Shown here: positions 11,390 to 25,009 of the stretch, piece after piece
How the letters are laid out: each line of letters starts with the position of its first letter
Numbering within the stretch: the stretch's first letter is position 1
Assembly (NCBI RefSeq): GCF_963921235.1
Contig: NC_086097.1
Coordinates: 116,004,001-116,064,000, forward strand
Length of the DNA: 60,000 nucleotides
DNA from: Mobula hypostoma
Lineage: Eukaryota
Direction of reading: 5' to 3'
Notes under the pieces: model-generated
What the model was told of the DNA's origin: nothing
The model's input: only the letters and a program-made list of their open reading frames with translations
The model's database searches: none
Position numbers and translations under genes: made by a program

Positions 11390-13520
11390 ATAAGAAACAA
11401 ACATCAGCACTCGGATGTGTCCAAGAAATTGGAAGCACCAGCCCAGAGCAGTTTATGACAAGTATGACTTTTTTGTTGTTTCATGCTGCGTTTGGATTTG
11501 AAAAATAGTGGTCGATATTGCTATGTCCAACTGGTTTGGACTGGAAAGCTCTACAGTGGTGTTCAAACTTTGGTTCTGCTGAAAAGCTGAAGAATTGAAA
11601 TATTGCTTCCATTGTTGAAAAGCTAAAAACTTCCATTGTTTTGTCTTGTTTGCGCACTTGGAAAACAAAATGAGTTCAGGTAGAAGCAGTGATCTTGAAG
11701 CTAAGAGGGAAATTAAACAAACAGTCCTCTGAGAGAAATGAATGTACTAACAAAGTCAAAGAACAAGCTGTGATTATGTACAAAGTTGAAGACATTGTAT
11801 CTTGCATGCTTGAAGAACATTCTGCATCCACTAGAAAGACCATCCCTTGCACCGGAATGCAATAGAATGAAGGCTGATTTAGCTGAGTTATACACAAGAT
11901 GCCAGATATTGGGGGATAAACACATCTTGGATGAAAAGGCAGATCAGCTTCAAAGACTGATGGAGCAGCTTGAGTTGCAGGAAGAAACTGCAGCCAAGAT
12001 AGCCTGAGTTAAAGTGCTAGGGTCTTCAAGTGCTGTGGGTGCTAAACTCCAGCAGGGCAGTTCCTATGTTTACATGGAACAGAGAAAATCCAGCAAACTG
12101 GATGGATACATTTGAGGAACAAAAGTCGACTAGCCACAAGTTTGAACCCCAAGGGGTAGTTGCTTCTCAACCTGCACCAAGGAGGTACTCTGAAACTATG
12201 CTATATCCAATAGCACGAGGTTCTTCTGAGAACATTGATTTACGGTATGATCACATTCATGTTTCAGATAATGAAGGTCTAAATGCCACTCTGGAAGCCA
12301 TAAAGACACAAAATGAAATAACAAGCATAGTGATGCAACAAAATCACATTGTAACTCTGGCTAAAAGAAAGCGAGATTCAAATCTTCGATGGCAATCCAT
12401 TGCAGTGTCATTCATTTATGAGGGCATTCAAGAATAGCACTGAACGGAAGATTAAATATTATGGCAACTGTCTCTATTTTCTCAAACAGTACACTGGAGG
12501 TTACCACCCTAGACAGCGTGTCAAAATTTGCAATAGAGCCAGCCCGGAAAAGGATATCTGAGGGCTAAAGCTTTACTACAGGAGAGTTTTGGTGATGAGC
12601 AGATAATTGCTGCAGCCTACATAGAAAAGGCTCTTCCTTGGCGGTATATTAAATCAGAAGATGTGAAAGCTCTTCAAGATTGCAGTCTTCCTCTCAGAAG
12701 TTGTTATAATGCAATGGAAGACATGCAGGCCATGCATGAGTTGCACATGCCTGCTAATATGAAGATTATCATAAATAAATTGCCGAATGAACTTGGAAAA
12801 GAATAGGGATCAGCGGTGCATGAACTGCAAGAAAGGCACTGACATTGTTGATTTTATTGACAGGTAAGTGAAGATTGTTATACACCCAGTGTTTGGGAAA
12901 GTATACAAGGCTACTTCGCTAGCAGTAAGTAAACAAATTCATTCTCAAGCTAAAGGAAGTAGCTTTACCACTACTGTGGCCACTGTGGAAAGTACAACTG
13001 ATGAAAAGGGTGCAGATTTGGACCAAGCCATGAATGGAACAAACACAGCAGTGAGTAATGCCCTACTATCTAATTGTCTTACTTGAGCTTTTGATCATGA
13101 TTGTAAACTTCCTATAATTCCAGTTCAGGTGATGTCTAAGACTAACAAGACAGTGATTACTTATGCTTTCCTGGATCAAGGAGGTACAGTAGTGTCTGCA
13201 CAGTTAGTCTCATGAACAAGCTCAACCTGACAGGAAAAGGAACATGTATTCTCTTACACACCATGGGTCAAGAGAAGGTCGTGAGCAACTATTTCATTTC
13301 AGGAATGGAAGTGGTAGGCTTGGATGGTGAAAACTATTGTGAACTGCCTAATGTCTATACACAGGAATGTATGCCTGTCAACAAAGAGAACATTCCTCGT
13401 CAGAGCGTCTTCTGGAATAGTCTGATCTGAAACATATTCAATTGCTGGAAATTGATTCAGGCATTGAGCTGCTGATAGGGAAGAACGTGCTTAAGGCATT
13501 GGAGCCATTGCATGTGATTT
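11390..13520 (+). mobile_element. BEL/Pao LTR retrotransposon relic (gag plus aspartic protease), truncated by a CR1
   Basis: From about 12373: EIQIFDGNPLQCHSFMRAF...CLYFLKQYTGG...AKALLQESFG..IAAAYIEKAL (Pao gag-like). At about 13100-13430: LPIIPVQV..TYAFLDQG..LMNKLNLTG (protease). Many stops; 5' boundary uncertain. Confidence 0.85.
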
Positions 13521-13529
13521 GTATGGTCC

Positions 13530-15162
13530 AGATGTAGTGTGTGAAGTTTCCATTACTAAAGAGAAGGTTCTTGGGAAACTGAAAGGTCTGAAGGTAGATA
13601 AGTCACCTGGATTCGATGGTGTACATCCCAGGGTTCTGAAAGACGTGACTAAAGAGATTATGGAGGCATTAGTAATGACCTTTTAAGAATGACTAGATTC
13701 TGGAATGATTCCAGAAGACTAGAAAATTACAAATATCATCCATTCTTCAAAAAGGGAGGGAGGCAGAAGAAAGGAAACTGAAGGCCAGTAAGTCTGACCT
13801 TAGTGGTTGGGAAGATATTGTAGTCCATTATTAAGGATGATGTCTCAAGATACTTGGAGGCACATAATAAAATAGTCCATAGTCAGCATGGTTTCCTCAA
13901 GGGAAAACCTTGCCTAACAAATCTGTTGGAATTCTTTGAAGAAATAACCAGCATAATAGGCAAAGGAGAATCTGTTGATGTTGTGCACTTGGATTTTCAG
14001 AAGGCCTTTGACAAAGTGCCACACATGAGGCTGCTTAGCGAGATACCAGCCCATGGTATTAAAGGAAAGATTCTAGCATGGATAAAGCAGTGGCTGATTG
14101 GCAGGAAACAAAGAATGGGAATAAAGGGAGCCTTTTCTGGCTGGCTGATGGTGAAAAAGGGTGTTCCACAGGGGTCTGTATTGAGTCCGATTCTTTTTAC
14201 TTTATTTGTCAATGATTTGGATGATGGAATTAATGACTTTGCTGCAAAGTGTGCAGATGATATGAAGATAGGTGGAGAGGAAGGTGGCTTTGAGGAGGTA
14301 GAGAGGCTACAGAGGACTTAGAGAGATTAGGGGAATAGGCAAACAAGTGGCAGATGGAATACAGTGTCAGGAAGTGTATAGTCATACACTTTGGTAGAAG
14401 AAGTGAAAGGGTTGACTTTTTTAAATGGAGAGAAAATACAAAAAAAAACAGAGGAACAAAGAGATTTGGGTGTCCTTGTGCAAGATTCCCTAAAGGTTAA
14501 TTTGCAGGTTGAGTGTGTGGTGAGGAAGGGAAATGCAATGTTAGCATTCATTTCAAGAGAGTTAGAATATAAAAATAAGGATGTAAGGGACTTTATAAAA
14601 CACTGGTGAGGCCTCACTTGGAGTATTGTGAACATTTTTGGGCCCCTTATCTTAGAAAGGATATGCAGAAAGTGGACAGGGTTCAAAAGAGTTTCAAGAA
14701 AATGATCTGAAGGTATAACAGTGTGAAGAGTGTTTGATGGCTCCATGCCTGTATTCATTAGAATTCAGAAGAAGAAGGGGAAACCTAATTGAACCCTATC
14801 GAATGGTGAAAAGCCTCGATATAGTATGTGGAGAGGATGTTTCCTATGGTGGGAGATTCTAAGACCAGAGGACACAGAGGACACACCGGGGGCAGTGGGG
14901 GGTGGGGGGGTTCCTTTTAGAATGGAGAAGAGGAGGAATTTCTTTAGGCAGATGTTGGGGAATCTATGGAATTCTTTATGACAGGCAGCTGTGGAGTCCA
15001 GTTTTATGTATACTTAAGTCAGAGGTTGACAGATTCTTGATTAATCAGGGCTTGAAGGGATACTAGGAGAAGGCATGAGATTGGGGCTGAGAGGAAAATT
15101 GGCAGAGCAGACTTGGTGGAGAAAATGGCCTAATTCTGCTCCTATGTCTTATAGTCCTATGG
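13530..15162 (+). mobile_element. Decayed 5'-truncated CR1 (RT to tail)
   Basis: QHGFLKGK, DFQKAFDKV, GVPQGS and KCADD motifs; tail CCTATGTCTTATAGTCCTATGG. Confidence 0.92.
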
Positions 15163-15164
15163 AA

Positions 15165-15385
15165 ATTGTACAAGAGCCTGAAGACCCATACTCTATGATT
15201 CAGGAAAATGTTTTCCCCTCTGTCATCATATTTCTAAATCATCCATGAAGCCATGACACTACCTCATTAATTTTTTTGCACTATTTTTTTTAATTCATAG
15301 TAATTTTATGTTATTGCACTATACTGCTACTATAATATAAACAACAAGTTTCATGACAAAAATCAGTGATAATAAACCTGATACT
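15165..15385 (+). mobile_element. Rex1/Babar-type LINE 3' end fragment
   Basis: KSLKTHT..FRKxFSPSVI.FLN remnant followed by the GATAATAAACCTGAT tail region. Confidence 0.65.
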
Positions 15386-15665
15386 CTGGAGAATACTGTG
15401 CATGAACGTCCCCGGCTATCTGTAGTTTCTGAGATAGTCAAACCATCCTGTCTGTTACCAACAATCATTCCATGGTCTAAGTCACTTAGATCACATTTCA
15501 CGAGGAATTCTGCAGATGCTGGAAATTCAAGCAACACACATCAGAGTTGCTGGTGAATGCAGCAGGCCAGGCAGCATCTCTAGGAAGAGGTACAGTCAAT
15601 GTTTTGGGCTGAGACCCTTCATCAGGACAGATAACATTTCTGATGTTTGGTTTGAACAACTAAAC
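15386..15665 (-). mobile_element. Tc1/mariner transposase N-terminal fragment, interrupted by a PLE piece
   Basis: KCDLSDLDHGMIVGNRQDGLTISETTD...FSRV matches the Tc1-like HTH N-terminus. Upstream sequence resumes after 15633. Confidence 0.75.
15500..15628 (-). mobile_element. Penelope-like element terminal repeat fragment with decayed hammerhead
   Basis: Closely matches 58915-59043. Minus strand reads CTGATGAAGGGTCTCAGCCCAAAACATT (GAAA mutated). Confidence 0.85.
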
Positions 15666-16154
15666 TCCTTGTAGGAAGGTACTATTTTGAAGGAGGGCAA
15701 ATTATGATGGGGAAAGACAGGAGCTAAGGGGCATTGAACACTTCTTAAGGCACTGGAGAGCTGAACACCAGGGTCGACAGGCATGAAACATTGTAAACTG
15801 ATGCCTTCGCTGTTGTTGCATGGGATTTTAATTAGACTACCTTAAAAGTGTTTCCGACCAACTATCAACAACATATCACCTGTGGAATCAGAAGAGCCAA
15901 CAGACTTGAAAACAGTTACAACATTATTCTGCACTGTTGCTGTTTGTATGATTTGTTTGTTTTTTTTTCTGCAGGTTGGGTTTGGGGTTTGATGTTCTTG
16001 TTGCTGTTTGTGCAATTTGTTTTATTTTGTGCATAGAGGTTAGTTGATGTTTTTCTTTATGCAACTTCAATTGGTTTCTTTGTTTCATGACTGTCTGCAG
16101 GAGATGGACCTCGGAGTTGTATACGGCGGACATACTTTTATACAAATGCACCTT

Positions 16155-16766
16155 GAACCTATTGTTAGCAGAATTTCAGATGGTGACAACAAGGCGTGCA
16201 GGAGTGAGAAAGATCAGCTGGTTGAGTGGTGCCAACCTGACAACCTTATGCTCAGTAAGAACAAAGAATTGATTGTGGACTTCAGGAAGGGGAAGTTGAA
16301 GGAACACAGACCAGTCCTCATCAAGGGATCAGCAATGGATTGAGTGTGCAGTTTCAAGTTTCTAGGTGTCAACATCTCTGATGATATTACTGATGCAATT
16401 ACAAAGAAGGCACAACAGCAGCTATATTTCATTAGGAGTTTGCGGAGACTTGGTATGTCATCAAACCCTCTTGCAACTGTGCACAGATGTACCCCGTAGA
16501 GTATTCTGATTTCATCATGGGCAATAGCTTCCCCAGCATCGAGAACATCATCAAAAGGCGATACCTCAAAATGGCTGCATCCATCATTAAGGACCCCCAT
16601 CACCCAGAACATGCTTTCTTTTCATTGCTACCATCAAGGAGGAGGCACAGGAGCCTGAAGACATATACTCTACATTTTAGGTACAGCACCTTCCCCTGCA
16701 CCTTCACATTTTTGGATGGACAGTGTACCTCACCATTTTTTTGCTCTCTTTTGGTACTACTTACAT

Positions 16767-16831
<65 letters not shown>

Positions 16832-17066
16832 CCCCCCCCCTCTTTCTCTCTCACTCACACCCCCTCACCCTGCCTCACCACTCCTGTGATATAATCTAAT
16901 CCTACCAGTTACATTATATTTTTATAAGAATACTTTTATATTTATATTTAATTCGTTCTTTATGCTTTTTGTGTTTTTTTATGCTGCATCCGATCCAGAG
17001 TAACAATGATGACTTTCTCCTTTACCCTCCGACTGAAGAATGACAATAAACATTCCTGAATCTTGA
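16155..17066 (+). mobile_element. Rex1/Babar-type LINE 3' portion, internally deleted
   Basis: KELIVDFRK, KKAQQQLYFIRSLRRLGMS and KDPHHPEHAFFSLLPSRRRHRSLK motifs; GACAATAAA tail. Confidence 0.85.
16770..16840. repeat. (CT)n microsatellite followed by a poly-C run
   Basis: About 29 CT units and then a run of C. Confidence 0.97.
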
Positions 17067-17602
17067 ACATCAGCATATGGAAAATATGCTGGAGTGGACC
17101 ATTTGGTTGCTTATTTCTCTTGCGTCAATTGGTAAGGTCAATGCTGCACACATACACCTTGGCATTAATTTCCTTTGTTAATTCCATATCCCTTAATTCC
17201 TTTCTTATCAGAAAACATTGATCTGCTCCTGTCACAAGATGGGGGTAATTAAGCTTGCACTGCACTATGGAGTAGAGAATGTGTCAGGTTTGCTAACCTC
17301 AAGATGGAGGTATTTCATCTTATCTCTGTGTAGAGTGTCCTGCCTGTTTGGAGATACTTATCCCTGGTCCGAGGTGCACCCACAGGAAAAACTTCCACGG
17401 TACATCTAACATGTCAGGCCCAGTAACAGTTTCACTATATGCATTTCAGCCAGTTCACCTCCTATTTTACTACCTTCTCAGGCAGTTGAGTCCTAATCTG
17501 CTGAGTGCCTCCTCATATAACAAGCGCACAATTCCAGAAATCTGCTGCATTCTATTTGGGCTTTATCCAATATCTTAGCATAGAAAATTGGAACTGAATA
17601 TA

Positions 17603-17775
17603 AACACAGGAGATGCTGGAAATCCAGAGTAAGAGACTGAAAATTGTGAAGGAATTCAGCAGGTCAGGCAGCGTCTTTGTAGAGGAATAAGAGCTGACGT
17701 TTCAGGCCAAACTCTAACGAAGGAACTTGGACCAAAATGTTGGCTCTTTACTCTTCTCCATAGACACTGCCTGGA
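17603..17775. mobile_element. Palindromic PLE-terminus derivative (decayed)
   Basis: Arms CAGGCAGCGTCT..GAGGAATAAGAG and CTCTTTACTCTTCTC..AGACACTGCCTG, centred near 17712. Confidence 0.7.
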
Positions 17776-20700
17776 AATGAGTATTATCTATTTTCTGCAC
17801 ATTGATTTGAAACATTAACTATTTTTGTGGATGCTGTCCGACTTGATGAGTTTTCAGAAGCAGGTTTAGTATTACCAGCACGTCATGAAATTTGTTGTCA
17901 CTGCGGCAGCAGTACAATGCAATGCATAATAATAGAGAAAAAAGACCATGAATTACAGTAAGTATATATATATAAATTAAACAAGTAGTGCAAAAAAATG
18001 TGGTGCCAGCATTTTTAGTTTTTAATGGTCCAAAGAGTGACATTGGGTATGTCATAAGAGGAGACATTAGGCAGAGTGGGCCTATACTTATAAGGGGTTT
18101 AGGAGAATGAAAAGTGATTTCATTGCAACATGCATAATGTTATCCATACATTACTACCACAGCTAGCATCCATGATAAAAGAGGCAAACCCTGTAATTTT
18201 GCTAAACATTAGTAATAATAACTTAAGGAGGACTATAAATGACCATCTTTTCAGAAGGAATCACTGACCTTATAAATCCTACCCCAGGTTCCGCCAGGCC
18301 ATGTGGCTGCAGCCAATTAAAGAGTAATGTCAATGCTTTTGGTTCGAAGTATCTCATTCGGGCAGTGCCATAATCTGGAATACGACATTAACAGGATTTT
18401 TGTTCGACTCTTTGTAAGTCAGAAGGATAACTGAGGCCAAAGCAAGAAATGCAAAGGGAAACGGGCAGCTATAGAAATAACTGTTTGCATCCCTTGAATA
18501 GAAATTTGTTAAGGCAGTGACACTCTCTTGGTCAGACAGTGTTGGTAGTGAAAATCCAAGTTACTCTGCATTTCAAATACGTTATTGCCCACAGAAATGT
18601 GGACAATTCACTTGTGTTTCTCAGGAGATCTAGCCTGACTTGCTGAGAGCCACCAGAGCTCTCATTTCTTGCCTCTGATCTCCACTGTTGTTTATAGCCC
18701 AAACCTCTTTATTTCCATGCCCGTGAAATGTACCCAGGATTTGTGTGGATGACAGGGAATTAACTCTTCTAATATTTTGCCAAAACATGCAGTAGAGACT
18801 GGAAAAGTGTTGATAAAATTGATGTTTACAAACATTTCCTCTTTTTTCCCATTCCTTTATGGGCATTCAGAACTAGCCTGTGTTATGTAAGCAGTGTACT
18901 AATGCAAGTGTAAAGCTATCAGTGCAGACTGATACTTCATATATTTACACATTATGTATTGTAGTTTTGGCACTTTGAGCTCTCAGGCAAATTAAATACT
19001 TGTGCATAGCTCAAATTCATTTCAGCGGACACAAAAAATAAATTTATTTCATATAGTACCCTCTATAGTAACTCAAATGTGCTTACATTGTAACTGAAAT
19101 GTAATCCTGGCTATGAGGGAATAATAGCTGGCTTTATGGTATTATTGTTGGTAACCCACAGTGGGACCATGCTAATTAATTGTAGTGTGATCACATACTT
19201 ATTTTTCTGGACCACTTAAATATGAAGAGATGTAAAATCATGCAAACTGCTGTAGATGAGGGAATTCATATCCTCATTTAAATCAATATTTAAAAGAAAG
19301 ATCTGTGAATGATGCTGAACTGTTCATTCTTGCTTTTAAAGAAGCATTGCAACTATGGCAATTAATCCAACCAAATGTATTTATGGACATATTCTGGCAG
19401 GAATCTTTAAAGCAACCATATCAAGATTGATTATATTTTCCAGTCAGCAGATGGAGGAGAATGTAATAGAATACCCTTGTAGTTAAATCCCATCAATTCT
19501 AACCTGTATTACTTTTTATTTTGGTTATTGTATACTAAGAACTTTTGGTGCTTTTAGGGAAATATGTTTCCACAGCACTTCAATCTAAGAGTTCCAGCTT
19601 CATACTTCATCACTGAGACTGTGATCAACTTTCGAAGAGCCCAAGACTACAAAAAAGGGGTGTCTAATTAATATTACATCCCAGACTGTAATTAAGGTAA
19701 GACAGGTAATTATGTGAGTTTTGCCTGTAAAGATCCCTTGAGCACTTATGGGCTTGGATCAGGAGATGCAACCCCATTGTCCATGACTGGATATTTGTGA
19801 TGGTTTACATCACCTCAAATCATGCAGGAATAAATATGAACTGTTGGGCCTCTCCACTCTGTCAATGTGCACCTGCTGTGTGACTGTGGAAAGATATTTC
19901 CTGAGAGTGTCCAGTCTTCTTAGGAAGCTGCCGTGCTTCTGTTGTTCTGTAGCATTCCACCTTCTTGCACATTTTAGATCTGGAGGTTGGAAAATGAATG
20001 CCTTTTGAGAGCCAGTCACACATGATTTATAAGGGAATCAACCCAGTGCCATGCTGAGCCCTTTAAGATTGGATATTCAATGTACCCAAAATGGTCATAG
20101 TTTGCAACAGCAAATGTAAGAGCTCTAACACGAAAAAGACTAACAGACCCTTCTCAGATAATGTGAGAGAAAGGAGGAATTAAAGGAGATGACCAATGAA
20201 GGCAATAACTGCTCACATTACAAGAGCAACACACAAAATACTGGAGGAACTCACTAGTCACATTATTTCCTGGGTTACTGAGGGGCCATTATTAATACAA
20301 ATGTCACTTAGGTTACATCAGTGCTCCACATCACACAGAAATCCAACCTCTTCCTACCTCTCCACCTTTTCTCAATGCTGCTGGCTCAAAGTTCTTCCGC
20401 AAGTTATCATGTATTGAACATATGCTTTTGTTTCTCACCTAAGTATACTTTTGCACCTGCCATTGATGTGGTTTGTGGATTGGACTCTGTCGTTCATGTT
20501 GTGATGTGTTTCTGGTTGCTCTTGTTTAGTATTTGTTGCTACTCTGGGTGATTTTTATTGGGGCAGACTGTGGACAACGAATGACACAGCGCTAGACTGA
20601 ACTAGGACTGAGCTGTACTAATATGCTTAAATTCTTTCAATTTCATGTTTTATATTCTGTATTTTTCTTTTTTTTTGCCATTCACAGGGTTTATATTTTT

Positions 20701-21494
20701 ATGTGCCTGAAGGAGGGTTTGATGTTTTACTTTGAACAGGTTCCATGGTTTTCTTTGTTTCGTGACCATCTGTGGGAAGGCGAATTTCAGGGTTGTGTAC
20801 TGCATTTATACTTTGATAATAAATGTACTTTGAATCTTTGAATTGCGAATCTTGAATCATCTAACAAATTTAAAGGCAGCTTAAAATAGGCAACACATTT
20901 AAATTGTTCAAAGCAGCATGCATTAGATGATTTTAATGATGAAGAGAAACTTCACAAAGTAACCATTTAGACCCTATTGCAACAGCAAAGCCTTTTGCTT
21001 CCTTTATTATTTTGTCTGTTATATTTAAAGAAGTTCTGATGCCCATTCTTTCTGAGGGAAATATATTTTGGTGAAGATGAATATGTCAACCCGAAGAAGC
21101 CTGCTTCTACCCCTGTCCCTTGTGGAACAAGTGTAGAGGCAAGCGTGAGTGCCCACCATCTAACAAGTTGAAAAGTTGCTTAGATTAGGCAACATGATTA
21201 AATTATGTGAAACAATACAGATTATGAGAATTTGCTAAAGAAGAGAAATTTCACAAAATAGAAGTTTCCCAAATATTCATGTGTAGGGCCTGATCCTATG
21301 CTGTAGTGTTTGTTGTTTTATGTGTGAAAGCTCATTCTGAAAAAACGTTGCAAATTAATATTAATGAGATGATCACAATTTGCTCATTGTTTAATTCACT
21401 TTAATATGACGTGTGGCATGTGGGTTGTTGACATATAATTTTGTCTTCAGGTAGATGGAAACCTGGCTCCAAATCCCCTAACTTGCAAAAAACA

Positions 21495-21645
21495 TTCCTT
21501 TCCGTAGATGCTGCCTGACCCATTGAGTTCCTCCAGCATTTTGTGGTTAATGCACAAAAAATGTTGCAGGAACTCAGCAAGTCAGGTAGCAGCTATGAAA
21601 AGGAATAAAAAGTCAGCATTTAGGGCTGAGACACGTCAGCAGGAC
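21495..21645. mobile_element. Two PLE termini joined tail to tail
   Basis: GCTGCCTGAC..GAGTTCCTCCAGCATTTTGTG followed by its inverted copy CACAAAAAATGTTGCAGGAACTCAG..GTCAGGTAGC. Confidence 0.7.
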
Positions 21646-22257
21646 ATATATCTTTGGCTAAATTTGCTTTGGGGCTTTGATGCTTTGAGATTCATAAAGG
21701 ACTACACCAAGACTGCTTATTCTCTTTTCTTTGATGAAATGTACGTTCAGTCAGATAAAGATTGTGAAACTGGAATAGTATCAGGGTAAGAGCCACTATT
21801 GGTAGGATAGATGGTGATCTAAGGAAGTTTTTAGAAAGCCATGGATTTGAAGATGGTATGTGGAATGACATAGAATCTTAGAGTCATAGAAAAGTACAGC
21901 ACAGAAACAGGCCACTCAGTCCATCTAGTTCATTCCAAACAATTTAAACTCCCCAATACCATTGACACGATGGAATAAATATAGTGAGGGAAGAGTGACA
22001 TAGCAGTAGTAATGTGTAATTATATTTACTCTCCTTGATCTTCGTCAGGCATTAAATTTGTACCCACGCTGAATTAATTTGTGTAGCTGAATGCTCCCAC
22101 TGATGCCTTTCCTGGCATTTCCAGCTTTGCTGACTCTTATTTAGCAGCAAGCATCCTAAATATGTTTGTGCAGTAAGGTTATCTGTCTTTGATCCTTTGC
22201 CAATCCCAGCAGTACATGTAGAAAAACAAGGTTAAATACTGGAACTGAGATTGTGGC

Positions 22258-23232
22258 ACACACAAGTGAAAATCTGCAGGTGCTGGAAATCAAGGTAACA
22301 CACACAGAATGCTGGAGGAACTCAGCAGACGAAGCAACAACTATGGAAAAGAGTAAACAGTTGTTGTTGGGCCGAGATCCTTCATCAGGAGTGGAAAAAA
22401 GAGATACGAGTCAGAGTGAGAAGGTGGGGGAGAGGAGGAAGAAGTACAAGGTAGTAGGTGATCTGAAACCCAGAGAGGGGGAGGGATGAAGTGAAGAGCT
22501 GGGAAGTTGATTGGTAAAAGAGATAAAGGGCTGGAGAAGAGGGAATCTGAAAGGTGAGGACTGAAGGCCATGGAAGCCAATAATATACAGGATGCCACAC
22601 CAGGAGCACCGCTTACAGTAGGTGACCACAATGCAACACTCGCAGGTGAAGTGTCGCCTCACCTGGAAGGACTGTTCAGAGCCCTGAATGGTAGTGAGGG
22701 GGGAGGTGTAGGGGCAGGGATGGCACTTGTTCCACTTTCAAGGATAAGTACCAAGGGGAAGATCAGTGAGGAGAGATGAATGAACAAGGGAGTCGTATAG
22801 GGAGTGATCCCTGCAGAAAGCAGAAAGTGGGAGGTGGGGAGGTAAGATCTGCTTGGTCGTGGATCCCGTTGGAGATGGCAGAAGTTACATAGAATTATGT
22901 GCTGAACGTGGAGGATAGTTGGGGGCTAGGTGAGGCTCCCATCCACTAGAAAATGTGGGATCTTCTGTCCTCTTCTATCAGATCCCCCCTTCTCCAGCCC
23001 TTTATCTCTTTCACCAATCAACTTCTCAGCTCTTTACTTCACCCGTGTCCTCTCCCAGGTTCACCTATCACTTACTGTCTTGCACTTCTTCCTCCCCTCA
23101 CCTCACCTTCTTCCTCTGACTTCTCATCTCTTTTTTTTTCCCCCTGTCCTGATGATGAAGAGTCTCAGCCCGAAATGTTGACTGTATTCTTCTCCATAGA
23201 TGCTTCTGGGCCTGCTGAGATTCCAGCATTTT
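22258..23232 (-). mobile_element. Penelope-like element (Neptune-type): linker/GIY-YIG fragment with an inverted terminal repeat
   Basis: Minus strand 22580-22930 encodes ..KCHPCPYT..QSFQVRRHFTCEC..YCKRCSWCGILYI. Region 22950-23232 is an inverted (+) copy of the terminal repeat at 22258-22570. Confidence 0.85.
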
Positions 23233-23344
23233 CTGAGAATGTGGCATGTGGGTTTGCATCATGCAACTAACACTAAAACCGTAGATAAAATAATATTGAG
23301 GTAACTGTTAAAGCAGCAATGAGAAGTAGAGATAAATTCCATGT

Positions 23345-23720
23345 AACTCACACAAACTCAGGAACTCAGTAAGTCAGGCAGCATCTACGGAGAAGTATAA
23401 AGAGTCAATATATTGGGTCAAGACCTTTCATCAGTTCTGATGAAGGGTCTCGGCCCAATAGATGGATTGTTTAATTTGTCTCCGTAAATGCTGCCTGACT
23501 TAATGAGTTCCATAACACCATAAGACACAAGAGCAAAATCAGGCCATTTAGCCCATTGGGTGTGCTCCGCCATTCAATCATGGCTGATTTATTTTCCCTC
23601 CCAGACCCATTCTCTTGCCTTCTCCCTGTAACCTTTGACATCCACACTAATCAAGATCCTTTCAACCTCCACTTAAATATACCCAGCATTTTGCGGGTGT
23701 AACTGAATTTCCAGCTTATC
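23345..23720. mobile_element. Palindromic PLE-terminus derivative; right arm interrupted by a CR1 tail
   Basis: Centre TTCATCAG-TT-CTGATGAA at 23427-23444 with roughly 75-bp arms; arm sequence resumes near 23682. Confidence 0.85.
23513..23681 (-). mobile_element. CR1 3' end fragment
   Basis: (ACCATAAG)-type tail on the + strand and GCCATTCAATCATGGCTGAT 3' UTR. Confidence 0.8.
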
Positions 23721-25009
23721 TTGTGTTTAGGATATAAATTCTTCTTGGGTTCCCCAAATCATGTTAGATACTTGTGCTACCTCCAACATAGATCCTGCTA
23801 GGGACAAAGATTCAGTGTTTAATGAGCTTCATTGAGAATGAAATGAAAGGTAAACATCATCACACTGATAAGTTAGATCTTTCTATCTGAGACAATGGGA
23901 GATTTATTTTTATGTTGTGATCCACCCGCTGAAAAGTCATTGCAGAAGTCAGTATGAGGTTAATCTAACCATATCTGTGGGTCTGTGATCAATTGAAGCT
24001 CTGTTCCCAGTGAAATGTCAATGGTGGATCATTGTGTGACTGCAGAATTGATTGCCATAGCAACAACTTGATGCAAAATGATGAGCTACCTCCTTGCCAG
24101 CTGTAGACCTGGCATGGCCTAAGCACATATATTACACAAAAAAGAGATTGTGAACCTTTAATTGCAAATGATACCATTCACTGAGCAACAGAAGGATGAG
24201 TGAAAAATTTGGTAAAGATACTTAATATACATTTGTCTTACTTTGCTTTGAATGAATATTAATATACTGCTTTCCAAGCTATCACAAACTATGTACTGAG
24301 TGAAGTCTTAAATATACTTTTAAAACAATCAGATGTATAAAATTTCAAATATATTTTAAAGACACATATTGAACAAGTAATATTCCAATATTAATATTAG
24401 TATCAAAATACTTCTATTATTTTAACTCACAAAACTATTTTTATTTTTTTGAAACATATGTATTTCATGATTTGAAGGACTGTTACATTGTTGGGAGATG
24501 ATAGCTGAAGATTGCAGGTTTGTTAAAGCAAGTTCTTCTGATGAAAAATGCAAACATTCTAGCTTCAAATGAATGTGCTTTTATTACTACCACACAAGTT
24601 TCAACTGTTCAAAGAGCATTTACTCTCATTTCTTCATGGAACACTGCCTAATGACTGCAGCCATGTCACGAAATGAACAGAATGATTATAACAAACAGTA
24701 TTCTTCACAGTTAATTGAGCATGTTGTCACTACCCTTATCAAAATCGTTTTCATCAAATGAATATTCAGCTCACACATTCATGATAGATATCTATTCCAT
24801 TTAACTTACATTGGAGTGGCTATAACTTTAAGTAGATGCATTAATATGCATGTAAAATCATGGTATAAGTAGTAGGAATATACGTTAGACATAAACTGAA
24901 CTCATTTTAATAATAGATATGTATTACTTATGTTGATTGTCTACTCAACAGATGACTTTCCTCAAAAATATTCTAAATTCTTCAAAGAGTAAGTGCAAGT
25001 GTTGAGTGC

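Noticed and set aside
11270..11390. 5' LTR of the BEL relic
   Set aside because: A TGT..ACA span exists, but there is no second copy or TSD to support it.
16600..16854. ER-repeat ORF
   Set aside because: Translation of the (CT)n microsatellite.
19873..19979. Possible minus-strand exon LKCARRWNATEQ..
   Set aside because: Mediocre donor (GTGCAC) and no recognisable homology.
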